Shown piece by piece: positions 47,764-59,324 of a stretch of 64,000 bases of DNA. The DNA lies in assembly GCA_032718475.1 (NCBI GenBank), contig JAUCBJ010000011.1:62001-126000 (forward strand), read 5' to 3'. How positions within the stretch are numbered: position 1 is the first letter of the stretch; every line of letters begins with the position of its first letter. The notes beneath the pieces are model-generated. The model was not told the origin of the DNA and searched no databases. It saw nothing but the letters and a program-made list of their open reading frames with translations. The DNA comes from Nemertoderma westbladi (taxonomy: Eukaryota > Animalia > Xenacoelomorpha). The translations under genes were made by a program, and so were the position numbers.

Positions 47764-50700
47764 TCACACTGTCGGTTGAATTAGGGAAGTGGTCGTGGGA
47801 AGAGTTTCTTGTCTTCCATAGTTTCCGGAGAGCTCTCTGTCTCTTTCCAGTAAACATAAACGACCCACTGGGCGATTGAGCTGTTGAGTCTCAAAGACTA
47901 TCCCTGGTTTCTTAAAGTTACGCCGCATGACGACGAGCTCTACTGATCGCGCACCAAACCATCGCTCGAGATATGAGTCTCGATGATACGTCCTGTTTGC
48001 CATCGCTTACGTGGGAGATCGGGGTCCACAATAAGCACCATGTCTCCAGCGCTGACGTTTTCTTGCTGCGCAAACCACTTAGTTCGAAGTTGTAGAGTGG
48101 GCAGGTAATGTTTCTCGAAATGGTCAGCGAAACGACGGGATAGCAACTGCATAAGTTGCCAGGTTCGACGGCAGTACTCGTCTCCGTCTGTGATCTCCGA
48201 TCGTGGGAGCATGGCTACGGGTTTCTTCAGTAGAAAGTGCGCGGGTGTTAGCGCTTCCAGGGAATCAGGACTTGAAGAGACTGGCATAAGCGGTCTTTCG
48301 TTGAGATAGGCGGCGATTTCCTCCATTAACGTCCGCAATAGTTCGTCGGTGAGATAAGCGCGACAAGGTACAATAAAGTGGAACGCAGTCTTCACGCTCC
48401 TAATCAATCTCTCCCAACTTCCTCCCCACCAAGGGGCGTCGGCGGCGTTGAAGGTCCAGCTAGACGCTGTTATCTTTAGCTGATCGTCCACCTGTCTTTT
48501 GTTCCAGTCCTTTACGTAAGCTTGAATTTCGTTGTTGGCGCCAATGAAGTTCGTTCCCTTATCCGATCTCATCGTGTTACTGGTTCCGAAACGAGCGATC
48601 TGTCGTCGTAAACTCAACACGAAGCTGTTGGTGGATAGATCGTTTACCATATCGAGATGGATAGCTCTACAAGTCATACAAACGAAGATGACACACCATC
48701 TCTTGACTATAGTCCGGGCACGATATACTTCAATAGGGCCAAATAAATCCACACCGGTATTAGTAAAGGGTGGTTCGTAGAAGCTTACTCTTTCCCTAGG
48801 TAATTCTGCCTCTCGCTGTGTCAAAGGCCTACTGAATGCTTTCCTACAGGGTATGCAGTTCCTAAGGACTTGGTTCAGAGCCCTACGGGGTTTATAAAAA
48901 TAGTAGCGAGTTCGAATTTCGCTCAGAACTCGTTCTCTTCCCGCATGATACAGTTTGCTATGAACATCTACAATCATCTTGATTTGTATGTCAAGATTTC
49001 TAATGAGTATGGGAAACTTAGTGTCAAAGGATAAGGGGGCGTTGGTGAGCCTGCCTCCAACACGTATTAACCCATCTATCATGGTACTAGAGAAGCGATC
49101 CCTTAAGCGCATCTGCGGATTTCTTAACAACAGGAAATACTTATCAGGATCCTCATAGCATTGTAGGAGTCTCAGCATCTGTTTGTTGGTTTCATCATGC
49201 TCCTGGTAACTGATCTTCTCCTTTAGAAACCTGTCGGATATCTTGTATTGGGGAAGGTCTTTAACAATATGGACTCGTGCAGATGTTGATGGAGCATCAT
49301 CACTATTGGTCTTTGTCCCAAAGTAACGATGATGAAAACATCGTTTTAAATAGGTGACGGCTTTGCAGAGCCGATTCCAGGTGCTGTAGTGACATATCGC
49401 TCTCTGCAAGAGGGGTGAGAGTCCTTGTGCGATATCTGGTATTCCAGATTTCCAATCCTTGTCACGGATTTCCAAGACTTCTTTAGTCGTGGTGGTGGGT
49501 TTCTGATCCAAAGCATCCTCTCCGGAAGTAAATAATACAGATAGATCAACCGCAGGTTTAAACAACTTCGATTTACTCGCTCGAGTTTTGGGTTTAACTT
49601 TCTCCGCTCCCTTGGCCTGTCTGATCTCTGCTGTTGTGAGATGGGGAGGCCATTCTTCTTCTTCTTTGTAGAGAAAGTCGGGTCCACCTAACCATTCGGG
49701 AGTATTTACCAATTCCTTTGGAGTCGCTCCTCGGGAAGCGATGTCTGCTGGATTAATCGTTCCGGGGCAATGTCTCCATTGGTCCATCGTCGTGCGACTA
49801 AGTATGATGGCTACCCTGTTGGTAACGAAGACGCTGAACTGACAGACTTCATTGGTTATATACTCTAACACGAGTAAAGCGTCGGTCCAATAGACAGTTT
49901 TCTCTAATGGATATTCAATCTGTTCTGTTACATTCCGGCCGATGGCTGTAGCGTATAGAGCCGCTTTTAACTCCGCTCGAGGAACTTTCAACTTGTTGTT
50001 GATTAATGCCTTAGAAGTAACCAAGGCGACTTTGATTCCATCCGGAGTTTCCACTCTTAGATAGGCTACTATACCTATTCCCATATCGCTGGCGTCTCCA
50101 AACACATGGAGTTGATAGGAATACGTAGGGAGAACATGACCAAAATATGAACGGGAAATTATAAAATCCTCGATAGCCGGCAGAGAATCTTCCCATTTCA
50201 TCCACTTCTTCAATAATTCTCCCTTAAGTGGATCGTCCCATGAGTGGTTTTCAAGCCATATTTGTTGTACCAAACTACGAGCAATCAATATAACTGGGCT
50301 AATAAATCCCAATGGATCGAAATAAGTGCTCAGTATACTTAAGCAAATCCGTTTGGTTCGAACTGGATTATCTCGCTGTTTTAGCTGGAAAAACAGAATA
50401 TCTCGCTCTGTGTCCCATTTCAAGCCGAGTGTCTTGGTTTCTGGCAGATCATCTTTGATCAAATCTAGATCTTTCGCCCCTCGATCTTCTGCAGGGATCG
50501 ACTCCAGAAACTCACGGGAGTTGCTGGTGAATTTTGTTAATCGAAACCCACCTCTTTTTAAGCACTCTACCGTTCCTTTAGCGACCTCAATGGCTTCCTC
50601 AACTGATGGGAGGGACTTCAGATTGTCGTCCATGTATATGTCTCTCTTGATGTTGTCGATCACTTCCTTAGAGAATGCCTCTCGGTTGTCCTCTGCAGTA

Positions 50701-52112
50701 GTACGCACTACCGAACAGGCGTTGGAAGGGCTTGAGATTATCCCAAAGGCCTGGATGGTCATCCAGTACTCCACCGGTTTCTGGTTGAGGTCTCCTTCGG
50801 GCCACCACAGAAATTGTAGACTATCTCGATCCCTATCTAGCACCTTGACTTGTAAGAACATGCCTTCTATATCGGAGGCGAAAGCAATCGAATATTGTCT
50901 CAATCTTAAAAGAATTCCCAACAAAGATTGAAGTAAGTTGGGTCCGGGTAACAATTCAGAGTTAACTTCATGTGGTTTACCGGGTTTAGGAACGTAATGG
51001 TGAGTTAAGTAATACGTTCTTTCAGTCACAGGTGTTTCTTCCGGTACTCTCTCCGCGTATCCCTTACTAATAAATTTCTCCAGCTGCGTTTGATACATTG
51101 CTTTAGCTGAAGAATTAGCCGTAAGGCGTCGATGGAGTTGCGCGATTCTTTTTTCCGCCAAGGGTCTGTTATTGATGAACTTCGGTTCTCTCTTGCGGAA
51201 AGGTAGACCGACTTCATACCTACCTTGATCTTTGAGAAAACGTGTAGTTGTCTCTTGGATCTGCTTGGCCCTTTCCTCTTCCACCGACAAGGCTTTATCG
51301 TAGGAATTGGGCTCTACCGCCTCTTGCGTAAAGAATCTTACGGCATGTTCATCTCGAGTCTTGGCGTTACAACGCTCAATGACGTCATTTAACTCGTCGT
51401 TATAAGCTTCTCGTTCAGTTGGATAAAGAAGTTGACATAAGTTCACTTGGTTTTGCCAAGCCTCGTTTTCCTTAAGGAGATCGATGATATTCTCCTCATC
51501 AAAAAGCTGGTGAATGTCGTCGTTATCTGAGGAGTATGGGGTTCCCTCAGTTAAATCGTCTCCCTCACTAGTATCATCTTCCCATTCACTCACCTGGTAG
51601 ACGCGCTCTTGCGGTAGTCTTTCTCTGAGTGTTCTACGGGAAGGGCCAGTAAAGTACCAACCTACTCTAGTTCTTACCGCATAGGTCTGTAGTGGCTGCG
51701 GTTGAGCAGGCCGTTTCTCCAATGTCTCCAGCGCCTCATGCGCGTTTTGGCCGATGAGTATTTGCACTCCAGGATAATCAGTCTGGAATCGAGGTATCTT
51801 AAGATGTTGGATGCTCTCATCCTCGTCCCAATTATAAAGGTCTGCTTGAGTAGTAACGAAGTTCTTTATAGCCACCATTTTCACCGACCTTATGCTATGT
51901 TCTCCTAGTTCGTCTTGTGGGGTGGACAACGCGCCTATATAATAATCAGCTGTTACTGTAGATTTCCAAACTTGCATAATGCCGGACATGTTTAGCTTAG
52001 TTCGGAACTTGGGTTGTCCAACGAAGATGTCTTCGGCTAGTTCTTTATCCATGAATGTTCCTGTGCTGCCGGAGTCCAGGAGGGCGTTCACTATATCGCT
52101 TGCGTCCTTCTG
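47764..52112 (-). CDS. BEL/Pao Pol (protease, RT, RNase H, integrase); C-terminus frameshifted into 47764-47950
   Basis: ALLDSGS (PR); SDIEGMFLQV and YMDD (RT); FDPLG, HVFGDAS, PRAEL, YWTD (RH / peptidase A17 region); H-H-C-C plus GVDLFGP, SDKGTNF, GGSWERLI (IN). Confidence 0.95.
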
Positions 52113-53348
52113 GGCTCCTCCCCGAGGCGCACCCATGAGGCGGACGCTGTCCCACTACCCTTGGGGCCAGTCCGACTCCGTTTTTATCAGACCGGGCCGG
52201 AGGGTAGCCCGATGCTTCCCGGGTTCACTTTTCAATCCCCCGATCACACCGGCACAGCTCGTCGGTGTAGCCAGATGGTCGGCTACTGTCAACTTACTGT
52301 GGCCTGACTGTACATTGAGCCAACTCAGAGAGTCAACCGGCGGGTGGACCAGTCGATAGCGATCGAGCATCAAGGTCGCCCTTGAGCCAAACCGACGGTC
52401 TTGTCCCAAGCGGGCTTGCGCTACCCACATGGAATATTGACCGTTTTCACCCGCCTCGCCGGCAGTATTGAGGGGAAGTCGGTTCCGCAAACAATACTGA
52501 CTAGCTCGAAAGCTAGGAACAAGTAACCACTTACCAGTCACTGTACACGTGTACTCAACAGATGTTCACAATATCAAGTACACTACGGTAAACACAAAAT
52601 CTGACGCATACCAGAGGACATAATCGGGGAAGACAAAATCGGTGACAAAATCAGAGGGGACAAAATTGTATCGACTAATAAAAAGTCAAGAGTACTTTAT
52701 TTTACCGACAGGGTAAAATAACTTTGTGTGCACAAAGTATGCTGGGGCGCAGTAAAATATGGTCCTACTAATAACCGGCGGCGACTGAACCAACCGGCAA
52801 GGTTTCCCACACTCACTCGCAGTGGCCATACATACACTCACGTATACCACGTACACACACAAACCACAGATTCCAGAGTATCATTCACTCGGACCACACT
52901 ACAACACCAACCCCTCCTTGCAGCCGATATTCCGGGTGCCACCTCCATTCCAATAGTAGTACCAACAGAATCATCAGAACCTGTCCATTCCGATGCAACA
53001 CCTCCATTCCAATAGTGCTACCCTGGGAAAAAACACGCTTTGGCAACCGATCGGAGACAGTACAGAGTCTGGTCAACTCATACATACCAAACATAGACCT
53101 ACCACATAAACCACATAAACCACAGATCACACTAAGCCACCACCCCTACTGTGTACAGGACTGGCAGTACGGCAACAGGCCGACTAGACGGTACCACGGC
53201 ACCATGTTAATTCATGGTTCGCTAGACACGAGGGCCTTCAGTAACTCCCTTGCACTATACTCAGGATTTAACGTGCCCCCAGACCCTCACGAGTCCGCCG
53301 CCGCCTGTTAGAGCCACCCCTATAGAGACCTCACCTCTTTGGGTAGCT
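52113..53348. mobile_element. Unclassified 1236-bp insertion splitting gag-pol
   Basis: Flanked by the 6-bp direct repeat cttctg (52107-52112 / 53349-53354). Removing it restores the in-frame VHGPQK-DASDIVNALLDSGS. Confidence 0.85.
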
Positions 53349-54926
53349 CTTCTGAGGTCCATGGACCCGTAACTGGACTACAGGAAATTCTCGGATTCCT
53401 ACATTGGAAGTTGGTGCTTTCCACGATGGTTGTCGCTCAGAAGTAGTTAGAGTGAAGTCGTTGTCTGTATCCTTTTCATATGTGAGTGCTCGATACACTG
53501 CGGTATTTATCATGTAACAGGATTCGTTTTCGTCGGAGAACTCGTCTGTATAGAATCCTTCCATCTCAGATTGATCAGTGTCGTTCACATCACTGAATTG
53601 GACATGTAGCTCGGAATCACTTACCTGATTCGGACTATTTCGCTCGAATTCAGCGTGCAACAAGATATGATGCTTCGCACCACACTTTGCACACCTTATG
53701 TCAGAGAAACAGGTACGCCGTTGGTGTCCTTGTCTGAGGCAATTATAACATAACCGCTTATCCCACATGACTTCGCGTCTCTCCGTTAATGACTTCTTCA
53801 GGAATTCATCACACATATTCAAACGGTGGGTCCCGTCACACAGCGCACATTTCGGTTTGATGTTACTTACCTTATTTTGAGTCACATTGTGTACACTTGC
53901 CTTTTCTTCGGGCTTTCTCACCGGAATTCTCTTGGGAGATGTGGGAGGAGTTTTTCTTACCTGTTCTCTCCTGTCATTTGCTCGAGACTTGAATTTACTT
54001 ACCTGATCTTTAGGCATTTTATTGACATAATAAGATCTATCAGTGTCTTTCCCGCTATCTTCTCCTTGAGAAGTCTGGCTTTCGCCGTCGTCTGTATAAC
54101 ACACTGGTGTTACCTTTCTCCTAGAGACGGGTTTTTCACTTACCTTGTTTTCCGGTGTCTTCTCTCTGGACAGTTTCAGGAGCTGTAATTTCACTTCTCC
54201 ATCTAGGAATGACATGAGATCAGCCATGGTAGGGTCTCGTCGTTGTTGTTCCATCATATATAACACTTTCTTATCCCAGCGTGTACCTACTCCACCCTTC
54301 GGTAAAGTAGAAGCCACTGCTCTAATAACCATAGCATTCTGATACTCCTGAGACTTACCTAGCCAATCTAATTGTCTACAGATCTCCTGAATCTCATCGG
54401 AAAACTCGATAATTCCGCTGCTAATAAACTTTCGGGGCGCTACCAATTTTGCATACAAATACCCAGCGATGTTATTCCTATTACCATACCTGATGTTTAG
54501 TGTATCCCAAACTTGTCTTAATCCGTCTGGATGTCCAATAAACTTTAACGCCATTAACTTGGGAGATCCTTCCAAGCACTCGATGAGGTATCTAAGTTTT
54601 TCTCCATTAGATAGTACAGAGTTCTGTATGTTATCTTTGTAATATTCATTAAAAGGTAACCATTTCATCTCATCTCCATTGAACTTGACGATCTCTCCCA
54701 CCTTTACCGCTTGCCGGGCTTCGGTTCTAGCCATTTGACGCGTAAAACTTTCTTGGGCCATCGTGTTATTTAATATCGAGTTATCGGTATATAAATTTCT
54801 CGGATTATGATCAGTTCTATAGGGAATGTCATTATCAACAAGTCTATAATTACCCTTAATAGGGTTCACTATAGGAGTTTCTACTTCGCTAGCAGTATAT
54901 GCGTGTAGGCTCCACACCTTGCGCAT
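53349..54926 (-). CDS. BEL/Pao Gag (capsid-like DUF1759-type region plus three zinc knuckles)
   Basis: KFNGDEMKW..F...EKLRYL...LEG...RYG; CALCDGTHRLNMC, CYNCLRQGHQRRTC, CAKCGAKHHILLH. Confidence 0.93.
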
Positions 54927-57078
54927 GAGATACTTCAGACCTAACAGGTTGACACATTGTTACAGGGGGTGGTGGTATACCCCTTTGTGTATTTACTAAT
55001 TTATCGCGTTCTAGCGCGATACTTTGCTGCACTTCTTGCAACTCAAGCCTACTTTCCCTTACTGTGCCCTTGAATTGCTGAACCGTCTCCTGCATCTGCC
55101 CGAGCAGGAGATCCATCCCCCGCCGTCTCTCGTCCACCCATTCGACCGCCGAAGCGGGAGTCGCCAACGTTGTAGCGAGCGGACGAGGGACAACGGGCGA
55201 CAAATCAGGAATATTTCGCTCGGGGTCCAGGACCTGAACTGTCTCCTGGGCAGTTCTACGGGGCACAGGTAGCTTAGTGCTATGCAGAGGGAATTTAGAG
55301 GTAGTTTCAGGGAGCACAGGTGTGTCTATCACCGAAGGGGTGATTTCAAGAACAGGCCTAATTATTTCAGGCTCATCTACTATAGTAGGGAGTCTTTCTA
55401 TTTTAATTATTTGGTCTGTGGGCTCTGTACTACCTAAGTTGGTGTTATTTAGTTGCCTTCTAACAGCTGGAGGCAAATCAGGCAATTTCTGACGGTGGAA
55501 TGTTCTTTTACGTCTGCTTAGACGAGATCTATTTCCTTTGCCTTCAGTATCGGTGGTATCGCCTTCCTCAGATGATGTATATCCCTGTCTTTTGGGAGTA
55601 GATCGATTCATCATCTGCATATTACTAGCTGCTAACTGTTTATTTATGCAGTCTTGATTCTCCTGAATGTTTTCCAATTCTAATTGGGTGGTTTCTTCAG
55701 CCGCTTTCCGTTCTGCTTCTGCCACTTTTGCCTCTGCCGCTGCCTCTGCCGCTGCCTCTGCCGCTTTTGCCTCTGCCGCTGCCTCTGCCGCTTTTGCCTT
55801 GGCCGCTGCCTCTGCCGCTTTTGCCTTGGCCGCTGCCTCTGCCGCTTTTGCCTTGGCCGCTGCCGCCTTTCTTTCTGCTTCTGCAGCTACCACTGCTGCT
55901 TTCTTTCTGTCTTCTATACGTTTTTTCTTTACTTGTTCTTCTTGGACTCGTGTGATGCGGAGTTGTTCATCAAATTTAGCCTGATTCGCAGCCCTCATTT
56001 CCACATCGATGGCATCCAACACAAGCTTGGTTCCTTCACTATTAGGGCTAAGTCCCTCTAACCTTCTCCTCAACTCGTCATCACCTAAAAAACGTTGATA
56101 GTCTGACAGATAGATGTCAATGGCATCCCTCTTATGCGGTTTCTCTGCCGTCGCTTCACTTTCCACTTGGGAAAAAGTAGCGTCTGTTGATTCTCCATGG
56201 GTTGAGCGCTCCTCTAGCTGAGCTTTCCACTGAGCTGTTCCTTGAACCTGGAGACTCAACCTTTGAAACCAAGTCTTTACGGCAACTTGCAACGACGTGT
56301 CTTGTCTTCGTTTAGAAGCCTCCTCAAAGGCCGATAATATTAGCCTGATTCGTAGAATTCTTTCTCTAACTTGATAAAGCAGTTGTCCCTGCTCTTGAGG
56401 TCCTTGTGGTTGTTGAAACAGTTGTCCTTTTACTCGCTCCATAGAGCTGAAGAATCCCTGTGCGTATCCGGCTGCGGACCTCTTCCACACAGCTGGATCT
56501 ATGGTTTCCTTGGCTACTCCCATCCGGTGTATGTCTTCCCAGGCAGCTTCTGATAAATCAAACGGGAGTCCGGGTCCGGGGAAGTTCCATTGCGACTCGA
56601 CAATAGACTTCAGTTCTTCACTCGTGTATCCCGCATAATTATCTTTAGTTGATCGTTGACTTCTCGCCCAATCGATCTGGTGTTCTTCCACTGCAATCAA
56701 TAACCTAGTGAGTACGGCTGCAGGAAGGATGAGAAGGGGATCCGAATAAACCGCATCCATCATCTTTGCTCCGCGTTCTGGTGTCAGTTCTACAGTATCC
56801 TCACTACTGGAGCTGTTGGGCCGTTGAGAAGTAAGTTCTTGGCTCGCGGGTTGTTGCTGTTCTGCTGCTTCTTGGTCCCGCTTGACCTGAGCTCGAGTGC
56901 CTATGATAGACCTACGATGTTGGACCAGCCTAGGTTCTGTTATTACTACAGGAGGGATGACCTTCCTCACAGTGGGAGGTGAACTGAACTTACGACTAGA
57001 CGGTTCTACGCCTCTATCTGAGTCGCAGATAGTTACATCTAATAAACTGTCTGACAGGTTCTGCTTAGTATCAGACAT
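54889..57078 (-). CDS. Upstream ORF or Gag N-terminal extension (729 aa, coiled-coil and Ala-rich repeats)
   Basis: Long sense ORF overlapping gag in a different frame; 30-bp tandem repeats encode AKAKAAEAAA (55720-55870). Confidence 0.8.
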   Translation of the reverse strand: MSDTKQNLSDSLLDVTICDSDRGVEPSSRKFSSPPTVRKVIPPVVITEPRLVQHRRSIIGTRAQVKRDQEAAEQQQPASQELTSQRPNSSSSEDTVELTPERGAKMMDAVYSDPLLILPAAVLTRLLIAVEEHQIDWARSQRSTKDNYAGYTSEELKSIVESQWNFPGPGLPFDLSEAAWEDIHRMGVAKETIDPAVWKRSAAGYAQGFFSSMERVKGQLFQQPQGPQEQGQLLYQVRERILRIRLILSAFEEASKRRQDTSLQVAVKTWFQRLSLQVQGTAQWKAQLEERSTHGESTDATFSQVESEATAEKPHKRDAIDIYLSDYQRFLGDDELRRRLEGLSPNSEGTKLVLDAIDVEMRAANQAKFDEQLRITRVQEEQVKKKRIEDRKKAAVVAAEAERKAAAAKAKAAEAAAKAKAAEAAAKAKAAEAAAEAKAAEAAAEAAAEAKVAEAERKAAEETTQLELENIQENQDCINKQLAASNMQMMNRSTPKRQGYTSSEEGDTTDTEGKGNRSRLSRRKRTFHRQKLPDLPPAVRRQLNNTNLGSTEPTDQIIKIERLPTIVDEPEIIRPVLEITPSVIDTPVLPETTSKFPLHSTKLPVPRRTAQETVQVLDPERNIPDLSPVVPRPLATTLATPASAVEWVDERRRGMDLLLGQMQETVQQFKGTVRESRLELQEVQQSIALERDKLVNTQRGIPPPPVTMCQPVRSEVSHAQGVEPTRIYC

Positions 57079-58402
57079 GTTTATGTGTACAGTTGAATGT
57101 CTACTGCTGTATTACAGTCTGAGCAAGTCTAGTAACTCAGTATTAACTGCTAGCCTAGTAATTAATTACCGGTACTGCTACTCAGTGTAGCGTGATATAT
57201 ATAATATATTAGAATACCGGTATGATTATAGTATATATAACTATTATTACAGACTAGGTTTATCACAGAATACCGGTATAATTTTAGCACAAATATATAT
57301 AAATATATAATAGGCCTATCGGGAATACCGGTATACAGCTTACAGTTTTGTAGTATATATAATTATAATTCTGGACTAGAATTAATTATAAAGTACCGGT
57401 ATAGTTTCAGCCTAAATTTATAGAAATAAAGATAATAGGCCTATCGTAAATACCGGTATATCAATTATTTTAAATAATTGAATTTCTGAATTTTAGGGTT
57501 ACTTGGTTACTTTACTTACTTTATTACCGCTATTTGAGCAGTAGTCCAACTGATATTGAGACCTAATGGTTGTATGGTAGGCCTACTATTTATAAATCGT
57601 TAGATTTGATTTATAATATATATATACCCGTTTTAATGGGTTTTGTCAGTATTTGAAATAAATGTTATTATTTCTGGGGGGTAATCACTACACAAAGCGG
57701 TACGCTTTCAGTGAAGTGTTACTTATAGGACACTAAAACAAATAATGCTAATTTACCTAAGTTACTTAATACTACAAATTACGTACAATTCGGGTGAGAT
57801 TACAATCTCTAAATAAACACAAAAATTTACAAAAAACACAAAATACGAATTTTCAGGGTAATTTTACAAGAAGTCTACAAACCAGCCTAACAAAGGGTTA
57901 GAAATCTGGTTATTACAACGGACAGGGTACTACGGTATTTGAAAATAATAAGTAGTAGTAAAATACACTGCGTTGTCCAGATAGGAAAATACCACCGCCT
58001 GACGACCTATAGCCGTATCGCTATAGGTTCTACGTTATGTATCACAGAGTGTTCCTACCTAGAAATTAATAGAGCTAATCGAACGTGCCTATCAACCACT
58101 TTACAATACAAATATAATGCCTACACTAATTACTTTCGGAAAGCACTGTACACTAAACCCTGAATTAGGTACGAGTACTTGTACACCAGATAATCAGTAG
58201 TTAAATATACTTGAACAGCTAAAAGAACCACGGCATCTGCTGGAGTGACCGGTGCACAAAATCACCAGTCTTTACCTACGCCAAGCAGCCCGTGTAGTAC
58301 CGGGGTTAATTTAACTATAGCGGTATGTATAACAAACATAATTACTGTAGGAACAAACTTGGGGAATGAATGTTGCGAATAATTGCATAAACTCTGAATA
58401 AT

Positions 58403-58970
58403 AAATATTACGCTACGCGTACAAACTACTCAAACAAAATGCAGACCAAATACTGACAGACTACTATCAAGCCTAAATAAACTACAGGACATGCAGACTC
58501 CGAAATGATTAGGTAGTATGCGTTCTAACCCAGTAGTACGACTTATTCTTTAGATGGGGGTTTACCTTACAGCTTTGGCTGCCCCTACTTCCTAACCGTT
58601 CTTTATCGGACAGAGGCTCTACACACACTGAAATCCTTCAGACCTAATAACAGCCAGACAACTATCCAGCCTACAAATTATCTAAATAAATATTATACGC
58701 TACCTGTACAGACTACACAAACAAAGTACAGACTAAACGATGGCAGACTACTCTCAAGCCTAAATAAACTACAGGACATGCAGACTCCGAAATGATTAGG
58801 TAGTATGCGTTCTAACCCAGTAGTACGACTTATTCTTTAGTTGGGGGTTTACCTTACAGCTTTGGCTGCCCCTACTTCCTAACCGTTCTTTATCGGACAG
58901 ATGATCTACACACACTGCAATCCGTTCAGACTTAACAGCAATCAGACAACAGCTCAGCCTACAAATTGTC
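58403..58970 (-). repeat. Tandem duplication of a ~287-bp module in the retrotransposon 5' leader
   Basis: aagcctaaataaactacaggacatgcagactccgaaatgattagg... at about 58469 and 58756; the same doublet occurs in the second element at about 62965-63530. Confidence 0.9.
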
Positions 58971-59313
58971 TGTACAATCTGATCAGGCTTACACGCCTTC
59001 TGTTCAATACTGGCCTACAAACAAATAAAACTTGACAGAAATAAGTAAAAATCTCAATAAAAAACCAGGGCTGCAGTCCCTGATTAATTAGTAAGGCCTA
59101 CCGGTATATAATTATCAAAATCGAATAATACTGCTGTACCTATACTGCTGTAGGTACCGGTCCGGATGATCAGGCAGTCAGGCCTACTGGTTACCGATCG
59201 ACCGGTACTTTCGACTAGATTGCTTACACCGCAATCCAGAAGCAATATCTGTTATTGTTCTTACCAGAACAATATTAAACTGTATTTAATGCCTACACTG
59301 CAATACAGACTAA

Positions 59314-59324
59314 ATATCCGTTAT
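59314..59324 (-). promoter_or_regulatory. Non-tRNA primer-binding site candidate (self-complementary to LTR 60052-60062)
   Basis: Sense ATAACGGATAT abuts the LTR end and is the exact reverse complement of sense ATATCCGTTAT within the LTR. Confidence 0.7.

Noticed and set aside
52940-52990. CTGATGA hammerhead core on the minus strand of the insertion
   Set aside because: No stem II followed by GAAA and no closing helices could be built.
52113-53348. Insertion as a group II or spliceosomal intron
   Set aside because: No 5' GTGCG or domain V. Splicing from the AG|GTGAGG site to either nearby AG leaves pol out of frame, and there is no polypyrimidine tract.
59255-59270. TGGTAAG as a canonical tRNA PBS
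   Set aside because: About 60 nt from the LTR end and absent from the second element.
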